64,000 nucleotides of DNA from Nitrosopumilus sp. (GTDB lineage Archaea; Thermoproteota; Nitrososphaeria; Nitrososphaerales; Nitrosopumilaceae): NCBI GenBank assembly GCA_965205425.1, contig CBDBGZ010000009.1:544001-608000 (forward strand). The letters are read 5' to 3'. The translations under genes and the position numbers were made by a program. Every line of letters begins with the position of its first letter. Within the stretch, counting starts at the first letter, position 1. The notes beneath the pieces are model-generated. The model was not told the origin of the DNA and made no database searches. It saw only the letters and a program-made list of their open reading frames with translations. Positions 20,954 through 31,580 of this stretch are shown here, piece after piece.

Positions 20954-21424
20954 TTATTGGGATTTTGGCCACATTGAAGTCCAAGTTTCAGCAAACTTTT
21001 TCATCATTTCACCATATGCATTCATTTGTTCTAATCCAGATGAACTAAGTGCTTTTTGCCAATTTTCAGTAAATTGTTTGAAGGTAGCAGTGTTAGTGTC
21101 ATTGAGAGCTTTTTGCCAATTCTCACCAAATTCTTTGAAAGAGTTCATTCCTGCTTCATTGAGAGCTTTTTGCCAATTCTCACCAAATTCTTTGAAAGAG
21201 TTCATTCCTGCTTCATTGAGAGCTTTTTGCCAATTCTCACCAAATAATTTCATGGTTTCAGCACTAGACTCAACAGTCGCTTTGTCCCAAACACTGTTGA
21301 ATTTAGATTGCATGTCATTACTTGCATTTTGAATTTGCTCAAAAAGTGATTTCCAATTTTCAAGAGATTTTGTATATTCTCCCCATAATGAATCCCATTC
21401 ATTATTTTTTCCTTGTTCGGACAT
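20954..21424 (-). CDS. Hypothetical protein with 19-aa Trp-periodic repeats (FGENWQKALNEAGMNSFKE)
   Basis: ORF translation and internal repeats. Confidence 0.8.
   Translation of the reverse strand: MSEQGKNNEWDSLWGEYTKSLENWKSLFEQIQNASNDMQSKFNSVWDKATVESSAETMKLFGENWQKALNEAGMNSFKEFGENWQKALNEAGMNSFKEFGENWQKALNDTNTATFKQFTENWQKALSSSGLEQMNAYGEMMKKFAETWTSMWPKSQ
21099..21245. repeat. Perfect coding tandem repeat, 57 bp x ~2.6
   Basis: Units start at 21099, 21156 and 21213. Confidence 0.95.
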
Positions 21425-21475
21425 TAACTAAAGATAAGATTCATTATTCTTAAAGGGATCTATGAGAAGTGCGGT

Positions 21476-21961
21476 TTATTTTTGACGATTTTTTAATCTG
21501 TTATCCATTCGGATTTTGCCTTCTTCAAATTTGATTCGATCATCATCTGTTTTGAGAGCTAACTTAGGAACAGGCATAGGATTTCCATTTTTATCAAGAG
21601 CTACAAATGTAACAAATGCGGTACCCGTAACAGTTCTAATTCCGGTTACTATATCTTCAGCTTCAGCTTTTACTTCAATTTCCATTGATGAATTATGGAC
21701 ATAGTTAATTCTAGCATTTAGAGTTAGAACATTTCCTACAAAAACAGGTTTCAAAAAATTGACGCTATCCATAGATACAGTTACTGCATTAGATTGAGAA
21801 TGACGTTGAGCAACTATACCTGCCACCATATCAATGTGTTTTAGAATTTCACCACCAAATACATTCCCAGCTGGATTTGCATCAGACGGGAACATTCGAA
21901 CAATTACTTCAGCATGTGACTCTGCAGGACTTTTTTCCCTAAGATGATTTTCAGATGACAT
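21476..21961 (-). CDS. Acyl-CoA thioesterase (hotdog fold, YciA-like)
   Basis: P.DANPAGNVFGG.IL..ID and FVALD..G.P.PVP motifs. Confidence 0.92.
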   Translation of the reverse strand: MSSENHLREKSPAESHAEVIVRMFPSDANPAGNVFGGEILKHIDMVAGIVAQRHSQSNAVTVSMDSVNFLKPVFVGNVLTLNARINYVHNSSMEIEVKAEAEDIVTGIRTVTGTAFVTFVALDKNGNPMPVPKLALKTDDDRIKFEEGKIRMDNRLKNRQK

Positions 21962-22019
21962 TTTTAATCTAATTTTTGTTCCTAAATCAAGGCAATTTAA
22001 TTTAATCAGTTGATTTTGT

Positions 22020-23351
22020 CTATTCGAAATATTTTTCTAGTTTAATTTTATCAATTTTTGGGATTTTAGCTAATTCAAATCCTTCAGGCCGTTTAGACAA
22101 AGACCTAGTTGCATCTATTCCCATTTTTGCAGTTTGTAATTTTTGTTGATTACTAGAAGGATCAAGACTAGAACCACGAACATTTTTGATAATTACAAGA
22201 TCCTTATCAGCTTGGAATCTTGTTGCCATAGCATATTCTACAGATTCAGCACTATTAACATCAATATCTTCATCAACTACTGTTACTTGTTTTAAAGAAC
22301 GATGAGATTCAAATGTTTTTTTAATAATTTTTTTCGGATCAGAATCATTTTTCTTTTTAATTTGCACTATTGCATGTAACCAATTACATCCACCATTTGA
22401 TAGTGAGACTTGTTTAGTTTGTGAGAAAGATTTTTTTAATTCACCATTTAGTTTGGATTCAATAGGCATTCCCATCAGTAATCTATGTTCTGAATATCCA
22501 GAAAGAACATCGTGGAAAATCGGATTATTTCTAAAAAACATATTTTCAATCTCAAAAACAGGTTGAGATCTTTTATGATCATATGTTTGCAGCATTTCAA
22601 CCATCCATTCAGGATGAGTTTTATCTTGAAGGATTTTTCCTTCCATTACAATTTCAGCACCAGATGGTACATTCAATCCAGAAAATGGTAATTTTGCCAA
22701 AGTCAATTTTCCACCCAAAAGTGAATTTGCAATATCGATTTCATCTTTGCCCCAATCAGCTTGATATGCACCTGCAATAGATACGGCCGGATGAACACCC
22801 ACAGTAATGGCAATTTTAAGATCCTCACCATGCTCTTTGGCATCAATAAAACATCTATGTGTATGACGACCTTCTACCATCCTTATAGAAAAATGAGTTT
22901 CATCAATAGGCATCATTCTATGAAAAGAAGAATTTTGTTTTCCAGTTTCAAGGTTTTTTGCATAGGCAACAGAAGATGTGATAAAGGGTCCAGATTCCTT
23001 TTCAAAATGAGTCACAATAGGCATAGAATGGATATTTTTTGATTTGTTTTCCATAAATTTTCCTGAAGAAATAATTTTGGGTTTTTTAGCTTTTTTGATT
23101 GCTGAAATTACTTTTTCATGAATATTAGATTCTGTACCACCAACTGCAATACCAAATCGTTTTCTAGTTCCAACTAGATTTGCAATTAATCTAAAATTAC
23201 TTTCTTTGATTTTTTCAAATAATACAGCATGTGAACCGTCAACTTTTGCAGTAATTCCAGCTATTTCAAATTTAGTAGAAACAGGAGTTTTTACAGTTTT
23301 GAGTTCATTGATTTTTTTAATTTGTGAAATGTAACTTCTTAAATCACTCAT
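22020..23351 (-). CDS. UbiD family prFMN-dependent decarboxylase (candidate anhydromevalonate-phosphate decarboxylase)
   Basis: AEIVMEG, VVDEDID, ATRFQAD.D, GSSLDPS and KMGIDAT motifs. Confidence 0.9.
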   Translation of the reverse strand: MSDLRSYISQIKKINELKTVKTPVSTKFEIAGITAKVDGSHAVLFEKIKESNFRLIANLVGTRKRFGIAVGGTESNIHEKVISAIKKAKKPKIISSGKFMENKSKNIHSMPIVTHFEKESGPFITSSVAYAKNLETGKQNSSFHRMMPIDETHFSIRMVEGRHTHRCFIDAKEHGEDLKIAITVGVHPAVSIAGAYQADWGKDEIDIANSLLGGKLTLAKLPFSGLNVPSGAEIVMEGKILQDKTHPEWMVEMLQTYDHKRSQPVFEIENMFFRNNPIFHDVLSGYSEHRLLMGMPIESKLNGELKKSFSQTKQVSLSNGGCNWLHAIVQIKKKNDSDPKKIIKKTFESHRSLKQVTVVDEDIDVNSAESVEYAMATRFQADKDLVIIKNVRGSSLDPSSNQQKLQTAKMGIDATRSLSKRPEGFELAKIPKIDKIKLEKYFE

Positions 23352-23688
23352 TCTCGATCATCTCCATTATCTCAGACATTAAGGCTTTTGCTGTTTCAGG
23401 TTCCAAAGGTTTTTGAATAAAAGTAGATACCAAGGCAATTCCTCTCATCCTAGTACTAATTCGTTCAGCAATAAGTTTTAGAAAAAGCGCTTCAGACCTA
23501 GATGGGATAATAGTTGTGGTAATTGGAGTAGGCCCTGTTGCTAATGAAACTACCATAGAACCTAATTTGTTAGAGCCTTCAGTTACTGAAATAAAATAAC
23601 CATTTTCAAATTTTTGAATTTGTAAAGAAAAACTTCGACTCTCCAAATTTACCATTTTCTGGAAAAATCCATTTGGAGAGGTCAACAA
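23344..23688 (-). CDS. Conserved hypothetical protein (proteasome assembly chaperone 4-like)
   Basis: 114-aa ORF overlapping the UbiD gene; family recalled, not verified. Confidence 0.6.
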   Translation of the reverse strand: MLTSPNGFFQKMVNLESRSFSLQIQKFENGYFISVTEGSNKLGSMVVSLATGPTPITTTIIPSRSEALFLKLIAERISTRMRGIALVSTFIQKPLEPETAKALMSEIMEMIENE

Positions 23689-23702
23689 GCTACGAACGAG
23701 TC

Positions 23703-24155
23703 TTATGCTTTTATTGCTATTGATTCACTCTTCTGGGAATCTACAACTTCAGGGTTCTTCTTGCAATTCTTCTCATGTTTGTCTGGATAAACAAAGAGTT
23801 TTTCACAGTGTTTGCATGGAGTTTTTTCCTTAGTTTTAGATTTTGTTGTTTTTGATTTAGCAGTTTTAGCTTTTGATTTAGATTTTGCTTTAACAGTTAC
23901 TTCTGGAACTTCTGATTCAATTTCAGTAGCTGCTGCAGCTTCCATAGAATCAGCCTCAACTCTAGCTCGCAATTTTGCTTTGTATTTCAAATTACGTGGT
24001 TTTGTTCTTAATCTATATCCACAACATGGACACCAAAGTCCTTCCCATTTGATGAATATTTCACAAATCTGGCATCGACGTTGTCCAGAAGCATATCTTC
24101 CAGTGCCAACAGGCTTTTGAGCCTTATATCTAACACAAATTCCTTTACAAGTCAT
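23703..24155 (-). CDS. Cys-rich zinc-binding protein with a Lys-rich linker
   Basis: CKGIC, RCQICE, WCPCCG and CKHC..H...C motifs. Confidence 0.8.
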   Translation of the reverse strand: MTCKGICVRYKAQKPVGTGRYASGQRRCQICEIFIKWEGLWCPCCGYRLRTKPRNLKYKAKLRARVEADSMEAAAATEIESEVPEVTVKAKSKSKAKTAKSKTTKSKTKEKTPCKHCEKLFVYPDKHEKNCKKNPEVVDSQKSESIAIKA

Positions 24156-24497
24156 CTTGGTATTACATTATAGATTTTATAACTATATAAGCATAGATCG
24201 ATAAAATCCATACTAAATCAATTAGAAAGTTGAAAATTTTCTATATTTTAAACCGATCAAAATAATTATTTTCAAATAAAAACCAAAAAACAACAATAAA
24301 TATGTATAGCTAATTCTAAAATTCAATTTTTTGAAATAATAACATGTTACAATATAGATGTTTAACAAAAAATTTCAAATTTTTAGAAGAAATTTATGAA
24401 AATTCATAATATTTTCATACTTTCATCGTTATTGATACGTGATAATGTAAAAGGATTTTGAATAAATTAGAATTTTTCCAATAAAATGATGAAAATA

Positions 24498-25151
24498 CTA
24501 ACCAGTGATAGATAATGGAAGAATAGATTGTCTATATCCTTCTCGTTGAGAAATATATTTTGCAGAAAGCATATCACGTTTTCCTCTTTGATTGAAATTT
24601 TTAATTTTTAAACTGGTTTTGCTTTCATCTACAAATTCTAATTCAAAAGATGAACAAAATTTCAAATTTAACATTGTGACGATTTGTTTTGCAATTTTCA
24701 TATTTCCATCTCCAATTTTTAGAATTTTTCTTTTTGCCCTAAGACCTCCTAAAATTCCTATTATGTGAAAAACTAATTCTTCAATTGAAGTATGAACTGA
24801 ACTCTCAATTTCCACACCATAATAAAAAATTGATAATCCCATTCTTTGGCCAGGATCAACTCCCAGAATTAGATTTTCTTCTTCAAAATTAAAACTCAAT
24901 TTTTGTATCATCATACCTCTGATTACAGTAGGATGATGTTCTAGAATATCTTCATGAAGTAAAATTTTTGTGCATTGCTTAGGTGACTCTTCTCTTGTAG
25001 TAAATACCAAATTGCCATCATAATCTAGGATTTCTTCAGGAAGTATTGAATCAAAGGAGAGATTTAGAAATTTTAGATAAGTTGAAAATCTATAGTATGG
25101 TTTACCATAAGTAGTTGCAAGTCCAATACGGTAATTTTGTAAGGGATCTAT
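24498..25151 (-). CDS. RNase H-like fold hypothetical protein; 5' end extends beyond the ORF-track start
   Basis: ILGVDPG..MG, IGDG and VDE..TS motifs; frame is open upstream of 25010 to ~25169 with no ATG/GTG/TTG. Confidence 0.7.
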   Translation of the reverse strand: MDPLQNYRIGLATTYGKPYYRFSTYLKFLNLSFDSILPEEILDYDGNLVFTTREESPKQCTKILLHEDILEHHPTVIRGMMIQKLSFNFEEENLILGVDPGQRMGLSIFYYGVEIESSVHTSIEELVFHIIGILGGLRAKRKILKIGDGNMKIAKQIVTMLNLKFCSSFELEFVDESKTSLKIKNFNQRGKRDMLSAKYISQREGYRQSILPLSITG

Positions 25152-25182
25152 AATTAATGGAATGAAATATTAGATTTAAGGT

Positions 25183-25518
25183 CTATGCCTTCAAAACAGT
25201 TGACACTACATGTTTGACTGCTTCATCAAAATTAGTATCAATATTAGATTGAATTTCAGACAATTTTGCATCCCCTTCTTGGGCAATTTTTGCAGATTCA
25301 GCAGTTGCCTTTTCTTTTGATGCGCTAATTATTACCTCAGCCTCTTTAGTAGCCATTTCTCTAGTTTTTTCTAATAAATTATCAATTTCAGATTGGCTCT
25401 TAATGGATAATTGTTTTTTCATATCTCCAACTTTACTAGTTAAGGTATCTAGATCATCTTCCAAAGCATTTAGAGACTTGATAATTCCCGTTACTTTGGA
25501 TTCAGCCATACTACTCAT
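25183..25518 (-). CDS. Coiled-coil hypothetical protein (ATPase subunit H-like pattern)
   Basis: 111-aa helical ORF rich in Ala/Glu/Lys. Confidence 0.7.
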   Translation of the reverse strand: MSSMAESKVTGIIKSLNALEDDLDTLTSKVGDMKKQLSIKSQSEIDNLLEKTREMATKEAEVIISASKEKATAESAKIAQEGDAKLSEIQSNIDTNFDEAVKHVVSTVLKA

Positions 25519-25590
25519 TATACACCAAATCTGATAATTCCATTACTTAAATCATTCATTTTTAGGCACAAAAACGAGGAATTTTGAACA

Positions 25591-25935
25591 TTATCCTGTA
25601 GTTAAAAGCAATATTGCTCTTGCTAAATCACCTTCGGCTTCTTCTAAAGCACTTTTTGCCTTTTCCTCATCAACTCCAGCTTGTTGACTAACTAACTGGA
25701 TATCTTCTTCTGAGAAAATTGGAACTTCTAATTCTCTTTCTTCATAACTATCAGCAGTTACTGTAAAAATTGAATTATCTTTTGCCTTCATTTCAGTAAC
25801 TGAAGGTTTTGAAATGATGATTTCTTTTTTATCAGTTTTAATTATTACTTCTTGAACATTAGATAATTCATTCATATCTAGACCCATCTTATCCATCATT
25901 CTTCGCATTTCGCGGTTTCCTCCTCCTCGCATCAT
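25591..25935 (-). CDS. nac: Nascent polypeptide-associated complex protein
   Basis: RMMDKMG, V.EVII and a UBA-like EEDIQLV.QQAGV...GDLARAI tail. Confidence 0.95.
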   Translation of the reverse strand: MMRGGGNREMRRMMDKMGLDMNELSNVQEVIIKTDKKEIIISKPSVTEMKAKDNSIFTVTADSYEERELEVPIFSEEDIQLVSQQAGVDEEKAKSALEEAEGDLARAILLLTTG

Positions 25936-26411
25936 GATTTTATTTCCTCACTACGACTTTTTAAACTATCTCTGACTTTGATGGCTACCCCTCTATCAAA
26001 ATCAGATATCATTTCTGAAGATAGTATTGCTCTTCCAACAGCTATTATTTGATTTTTAAACAGAACCGGAGTATCTGCAGCAATACGTACATTTTTCCCA
26101 CATGATACTACATGTTTACAAAAAACTGATCTTCCCTGTTCTACAAAGGGAGCAGCATCTGCATTTATCTCAATACAATTTTCTTTGAATTTTTTATTCT
26201 TCAGTAATGTCTGAGCAAAATGAGTACTAATGGCCAAACTACCATCAATCCGTAAAGTGCATAGTAATTTTCCTTTGTGTGAAACTGTTCTTATTCTACC
26301 AGTTTTTCGTGAAAATGTCATTTCAGCATCTTTTGGTAATGATTTTGATGTACCACTTCCAAATAATGCATCTAGAGTTTGCTGAAGTTTAAGGATATGA
26401 TCCATACGCAT
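25932..26411 (-). CDS. PUA-domain protein (archaeosine TGT C-terminal-like)
   Basis: SRKTGRIR, GRSVFCKHV and GVAIKVR motifs. Confidence 0.85.
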   Translation of the reverse strand: MRMDHILKLQQTLDALFGSGTSKSLPKDAEMTFSRKTGRIRTVSHKGKLLCTLRIDGSLAISTHFAQTLLKNKKFKENCIEINADAAPFVEQGRSVFCKHVVSCGKNVRIAADTPVLFKNQIIAVGRAILSSEMISDFDRGVAIKVRDSLKSRSEEIKS

Positions 26412-26496
26412 AGTAAAATCGGTTCTAAATATTAGTTGAATGCTAGTCTATACCATAAAGATCAATCTATATAGAAAAGAATTTTCCCTTTAGATC

Positions 26497-27543
26497 ATGG
26501 AAGATGGAGGAGAAACTCGAAAAATTCAGTTTACTGGAAAATCATCATACATAGTTTCATTACCAAAACAATGGATTATGGAATTGGGTCTTAAACAAGG
26601 AGATCAAATCAGAATGGTTAGAAAAGGTTCATCAACATTGGAACTATATCCACCAAAATTTGAATCTAGAACTCAGAAAAAAGAAGATGCCGTAATTGAA
26701 ATTGATGGAGAGGAAGAAGCATCTTCAATTGTTAGAAAATTAATTTCATTATACTTTTTAGGATTCAAGACAATTAATGTAAAACCTAAAAATGGTAGAT
26801 TAAGTGCTCATCAAAGAAACACAGTAAAAGAAGCTGTAAAACGAATGCTAATGGGTTCAGAAATAATTGCCGATTCAAGTGGTGGAATTATAGTTCAGGT
26901 ACTTGTCAATTTATTAGAATTATCAGTAGATGGCGCTTTCAAACGAATGATTCACTTAGCAAAGTCAATGTCAAGTGATGCAATCTTGGCAGTTAAAGAA
27001 AATAATTTAGAATTAGCACAAGAAGTAATCAATACAGATGATGAAGTGGACAGATTTGGATTTTACATTATTCGACAATTGAAAATTGCAATTCAAAATG
27101 AACATATGTTAAAAGAGATGGGTTTCAGAAATGCCAGGAATTGTTTAGGATACAGACTAGTTGTGAAAAATATAGAGAGAACCGGTGATCATGCTGCATT
27201 CATAGCAAAAGATCTGATTGAATTTAAAAAACCTGTGAAAAAAGAGATTTTACAAAAATTACAAGAAATGAATGAATTTTGCTTGTCTGTTTTAGACGAT
27301 TCATGTCTTGCATTATTCAAAGAAGACTATAATCAGGCTGAAAAGACAATTACAAAAATTGATGAAATATCAAAATTTGAGAAAAAAGTCAGAGATGCAT
27401 CAAAATCACTAAAAGATGATGAGGAAATCTACAGAGTAAGAAGAATGACTGAGAATATTAGAAGAGTTGCTGAATATGCTAGTGATATAGCTGAAATAGT
27501 TTTGAATATGAATATAGAAAAAACACTAAAAAAATCTGATTAA
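26497..27543 (+). CDS. phoU: AbrB-PhoU phosphate uptake regulator
   Basis: RKIQFTG.SSYIVSLPK.W, DDEVDR and IERTGDH motifs. Confidence 0.92.
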   Translation: MEDGGETRKIQFTGKSSYIVSLPKQWIMELGLKQGDQIRMVRKGSSTLELYPPKFESRTQKKEDAVIEIDGEEEASSIVRKLISLYFLGFKTINVKPKNGRLSAHQRNTVKEAVKRMLMGSEIIADSSGGIIVQVLVNLLELSVDGAFKRMIHLAKSMSSDAILAVKENNLELAQEVINTDDEVDRFGFYIIRQLKIAIQNEHMLKEMGFRNARNCLGYRLVVKNIERTGDHAAFIAKDLIEFKKPVKKEILQKLQEMNEFCLSVLDDSCLALFKEDYNQAEKTITKIDEISKFEKKVRDASKSLKDDEEIYRVRRMTENIRRVAEYASDIAEIVLNMNIEKTLKKSD

Positions 27544-27599
27544 TTTCCAAATAATGTCCAATACAATTATCTTAGATTCAATTAGAAAAATGAATTAGA

Positions 27600-28721
27600 A
27601 TGAATTCTGCAATTTTAATCACATATGATCAAGAGGATGCCATTAATGAAGCAAAAGGACTATGTGATGCTGCAGGATATGAAGTAGTCCACATAATCAA
27701 ACAAAATTTTCTCCAGAAACCAAAATATGGTATTAGTGGAGGAGTAGTAGAACAATTAGAAGAAATATCTGACAAACTAAGACCAGATGTCATCATATAT
27801 GATGAGATTCTAAAACCAAGTCAAAACTATAATCTTGCAACTGTGTTACATAGAGAAGTATTAGATAGAGAAGCACTGATTCTTGAGATTTTTGAAAGTA
27901 GAGCATCAAGTGCAGAATCAAAATTACAAGTGAAATTAGCACAGTTGAGATATGAAATGGCAAGAGCTAAAGAAAAAGTTAGACTTGCAAACTTGGGAGA
28001 ACAGCCAGGATTTATGGGAATAGGAAAATTCGAAGTAGATGTGTATTATAATGATATCAAACATAGAATGCAAACAATAAGATCCAAGCTTGAAAAAGCT
28101 GGAAAACAAAGAGAACTTCACAGGCAAGGAAGAAAGAGAATGGGATTCAAGACAATATCACTTGCAGGATACACTTCTGCAGGAAAAACTACATTATTTA
28201 ACAAAACAACAGGTGAAACAAGAACTCAAAGTAAAGAGTTGTTCACAACTCTTACTACAACTACCCGAAGATTAATGATTAATCAAGAACCATTTTTGAT
28301 TGCAGATACAGTTGGCTTTATCAGTAAATTACCAGCCTACATGATTGATGCATTCAAATCAACATTAGAAGAATTGACACATACTGATGTAATTATTCTT
28401 GTAATTGACATTAATGATTCAATTACAGAATTAAAAAAGAAATTTTCTAGCTGTATGAGAACTCTAAGTGAATTAGGTGTACAACAAGACAAAGTAGTTT
28501 ACGCTCTAAATAAATCAGATTTATTAAAAGATGAAGAAATTAAACGAAAAATAGAATTTCTTAATTTAACTGAAAATAAAAAACTAGTTTCAGTTTCAGC
28601 AAAAACTGGAAAAAATATCACGCAATTAAAAGAATTAATTAAAGAAATTATAGAAAATCAGGGTTTTCATAAACCAAAAAATAATGCATGGGAAGGAGCT
28701 GAAAAAACATTTGGTAATTGA
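27600..28721 (+). CDS. hflX: GTPase HflX
   Basis: LILEIF..RA...[21 protein letters not shown] and NKSD motifs. Confidence 0.95.
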   Translation: MNSAILITYDQEDAINEAKGLCDAAGYEVVHIIKQNFLQKPKYGISGGVVEQLEEISDKLRPDVIIYDEILKPSQNYNLATVLHREVLDREALILEIFESRASSAESKLQVKLAQLRYEMARAKEKVRLANLGEQPGFMGIGKFEVDVYYNDIKHRMQTIRSKLEKAGKQRELHRQGRKRMGFKTISLAGYTSAGKTTLFNKTTGETRTQSKELFTTLTTTTRRLMINQEPFLIADTVGFISKLPAYMIDAFKSTLEELTHTDVIILVIDINDSITELKKKFSSCMRTLSELGVQQDKVVYALNKSDLLKDEEIKRKIEFLNLTENKKLVSVSAKTGKNITQLKELIKEIIENQGFHKPKNNAWEGAEKTFGN

Positions 28722-29244
28722 AGTAGTAAGAATTGGACAACGTCTAGTAAGAGATGATAGAGTAACAACACATGTTGCACTAGTTTCTCGAGGATTTGGT
28801 GCAGAGCGAATTTACATGACAGAGATAAATCCAGAAATTAAGGATACTATTGAAAAAATTAACAATACATGGGGAGGAAATTTTGAGATAGAATTTATTG
28901 AAAAATGGAAACCAATTGTAAAAAAGAAGAAAGATGAAGGATTCAAAATTGTTCATCTTTCAATGTATGGTGAAAGTATCAATGAGGCTCAAGAAAAAAT
29001 TCAAGACGAAGAAAATCTATTAGTTGTTGTAGGAGCTGAAAAAGTTCCAAGAGAGATTTATGAATTAGCAGATTACAATATTGGTGTTGGAAGTCAACCT
29101 CATTCAGAGATTAGTGCTTTAGCAATTCTTTTAGATCGAATACAAAAAGGCAAACAATTTGAAAAAGAGTTTCCCAATGCAAAAAGAAAGATCATTCCTA
29201 CCAAAAATGGTAAAAATGTGCAAGTAAAAGAAACAAGGGATTAA
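28711..29244 (+). CDS. tRNA (cytidine(56)-2'-O)-methyltransferase
   Basis: [25 protein letters not shown] and [10 protein letters not shown] motifs. Confidence 0.93.
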   Translation: MVIEVVRIGQRLVRDDRVTTHVALVSRGFGAERIYMTEINPEIKDTIEKINNTWGGNFEIEFIEKWKPIVKKKKDEGFKIVHLSMYGESINEAQEKIQDEENLLVVVGAEKVPREIYELADYNIGVGSQPHSEISALAILLDRIQKGKQFEKEFPNAKRKIIPTKNGKNVQVKETRD

Positions 29245-29270
29245 TAGTAGAAAATCAGGAGTCATTAGAG

Positions 29271-29786
29271 TTGGTAGACAAATACGAGGATCCTTTTGTT
29301 AGAATTGCTTCAATGATTGGAGGAGATGAATATCTCAAAGTAGCAAGATCTCTTCTAAAAGCCGAAGATGCTACTGATGAAGAAATTGCTAGTTCTACAG
29401 GTCTCAGAATCAATATGGTAAGAAAAGTATTGTATGATCTATTTGGGAAATCTCTAATTACGGGTATCAGAGTCAAAGATGAAAGAAAAGGATGGTTTGT
29501 CTATAGATGGAGAACTAGAAGAGAAGAAGTAGAACATTTTATTGAAAATCAAAAAAAGAAAATTGATGAAAGATTACAACAAAGATTAGATTATGAAAAT
29601 GCTTCAGATTTCTATCATTGTGGAAATGAAGATTGTCCTAGGGTAACATTTGAAAATGCTCTTGATGGAATGTTCAAATGCCCATCATGTCAGAATGTCT
29701 TGAATCTAAAAAAGAATGATAAATCTAAAAAAGCATATCAAAAGAAAATTGATGAGATCAAAAAAGATATGCAACAAACTTTTTGA
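29271..29786 (+). CDS. tfe: Transcription factor E alpha
   Basis: TDEEIA...N.VRKVLY.L, GWFVY.W and FKCPSC motifs. Confidence 0.93.
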   Translation: MVDKYEDPFVRIASMIGGDEYLKVARSLLKAEDATDEEIASSTGLRINMVRKVLYDLFGKSLITGIRVKDERKGWFVYRWRTRREEVEHFIENQKKKIDERLQQRLDYENASDFYHCGNEDCPRVTFENALDGMFKCPSCQNVLNLKKNDKSKKAYQKKIDEIKKDMQQTF

Positions 29787-29866
29787 TTTATTTTTGAAAT
29801 TATATTAAATAGAAAATTTGAAAAATAGGTTACTAGAATAAATAGGAGAAAATCATCCGAATATCC

Positions 29867-31258
29867 TTGAGTCAAATATCTACAGTAAATCCAGCTACCG
29901 GAGAAGAAATTAATACATTTTCTGCAATGGATAAAAATCAAGTATTTGATTTGGTAGGAAAAGCAAAAAGAGCATATCCTGAATGGAAGAAAGATTATGA
30001 GAAACGCAGAAGTTACATTTACAATTTAGTTGAATATCTAAAGAAAAACAAAACAAGACTAGCAACAGTGGCAACATCTGAAATGGGTAAACCGCTCAAA
30101 GAATCAATTGGAGAGATTGAAAAATGTGCATGGGCTTTAGAATTTTATGCAGATCATGGAGATAGTTTTCTTTCTGATGAAGTATTGAACACAGATGCAA
30201 GAAAGAGTTTTCTAACTTTTGAACCACTTGGGGTTATAGGCTCAATTATGCCATGGAATTTTCCTTATTGGCAAGCATTAAGATTTGCAGCTCCTTGTCT
30301 AATGGCTGGAAATGTGATTGTTATGAAGCCATCTAGAGTTACAATGCAATCAGGTATTGAAATTGAAAAAGCATTTACTGAATCTGGAATACCTGATGGA
30401 ATTTTTCAAACTGTTGTTGGAAGCGTGGAATCTGCAAATCATCTTATAGACTCAGATGTTAATGCTGTAACCTTTACTGGTAGTACCAATGCAGGGGCAA
30501 AAGTAGGTGAAAGAGCAGCAAAGAACTTGAAGAAATGTGTTTTAGAATTAGGTGGAAGTGATCCTTTCATAGTATTAGATGATGCAATTATTGAAAATGC
30601 AGCAGAGGGTGCAGTTAAAGGTAGATTCATCAATTGTGGTCAAAGTTGTGTTGCATCAAAAAGATTTTTTGTTGGAAAAAATATTGCAGACGAATTTATT
30701 GAATTATTTATTAAAAAAGCATCTCAGCTCAAAGTAGGAAATCCTATGTCGATTGAAACAGATGTTGGGCCATTATCAAGTAAAGACGGTTTAGAAACAA
30801 TTTCTGGAATAGTTGAAGATGCAAAAGAAAAAGGTGCAGAAATTCTTCTAGGAGGATCTGAAATAGATGGAAAAGGATTCTTCTACAAACCAACAATTCT
30901 TAGAAATGTCAAATCAAATATGAGAATAGCACAAGAGGAAACTTTTGGGCCAGTAGCTCCAATCACAATTGTTGAAAATGAAAGTGAGGCAGTGAAATTA
31001 GCTAATGAAAGTGAATTTGGTCTTGGTGCAAGTATTTGGACAAAAGATCTTGCTAAAGCAGATAAAATGTCTAGACGTATAGAATCTGGAATAGTGAGTG
31101 TCAACAATGTGGTAATTTCAGACCCACGAATTCCATTTGGAGGAATAAAACATAGTGGATTTGGAAGAGAATTATCAAGATATGGTATGTTAGAATTTGT
31201 AAATTTGAAATCAGTTAGATTTTATGATAATTTAACACATCATCACTACGTAGAGTAA
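29867..31258 (+). CDS. NAD(P)-dependent aldehyde dehydrogenase (succinate-semialdehyde dehydrogenase family)
   Basis: IMPWNFP, FTGS, LELGGSDP, GQSC and EETFGP motifs. Confidence 0.93.
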   Translation: MSQISTVNPATGEEINTFSAMDKNQVFDLVGKAKRAYPEWKKDYEKRRSYIYNLVEYLKKNKTRLATVATSEMGKPLKESIGEIEKCAWALEFYADHGDSFLSDEVLNTDARKSFLTFEPLGVIGSIMPWNFPYWQALRFAAPCLMAGNVIVMKPSRVTMQSGIEIEKAFTESGIPDGIFQTVVGSVESANHLIDSDVNAVTFTGSTNAGAKVGERAAKNLKKCVLELGGSDPFIVLDDAIIENAAEGAVKGRFINCGQSCVASKRFFVGKNIADEFIELFIKKASQLKVGNPMSIETDVGPLSSKDGLETISGIVEDAKEKGAEILLGGSEIDGKGFFYKPTILRNVKSNMRIAQEETFGPVAPITIVENESEAVKLANESEFGLGASIWTKDLAKADKMSRRIESGIVSVNNVVISDPRIPFGGIKHSGFGRELSRYGMLEFVNLKSVRFYDNLTHHHYVE

Positions 31259-31278
31259 ATTATTTGAATAAAAGAAGA

Positions 31279-31578
31279 TTATTCCTCTGAATCATCAAAT
31301 TCATCATCTTCTTCTGAATCATCATCCTCATCATCACATTCCTCTAATTCAACATGTGTTGGATTACCATCATCGCCAAAGAATATCTCAATACAGGTAT
31401 CAGTAGCTAAAGTGGGAACTAAAATTTCAATTAATTCTTTAGGAAAATTTCCCAATCTACTTGGATCAGAAGAATAGCGATATGTGGTTAATTCTTCTTC
31501 ATGATAAAAATCAATTTCAATATCACCAGTAGTAAATTTTCTTACTGTTGTTACTTGACCAAATATGCTGTAAGACAA
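31279..31578 (-). CDS. Hypothetical protein with an acidic tail
   Basis: 99-aa ORF. Confidence 0.7.
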   Translation of the reverse strand: MSYSIFGQVTTVRKFTTGDIEIDFYHEEELTTYRYSSDPSRLGNFPKELIEILVPTLATDTCIEIFFGDDGNPTHVELEECDDEDDDSEEDDEFDDSEE

Positions 31579-31580
31579 AA

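Noticed and set aside
24156..24497. AT-rich intergenic region as a replication origin
   Set aside because: No ORB-like repeats and no adjacent cdc6/orc1; only a short TAACATGTTA palindrome.
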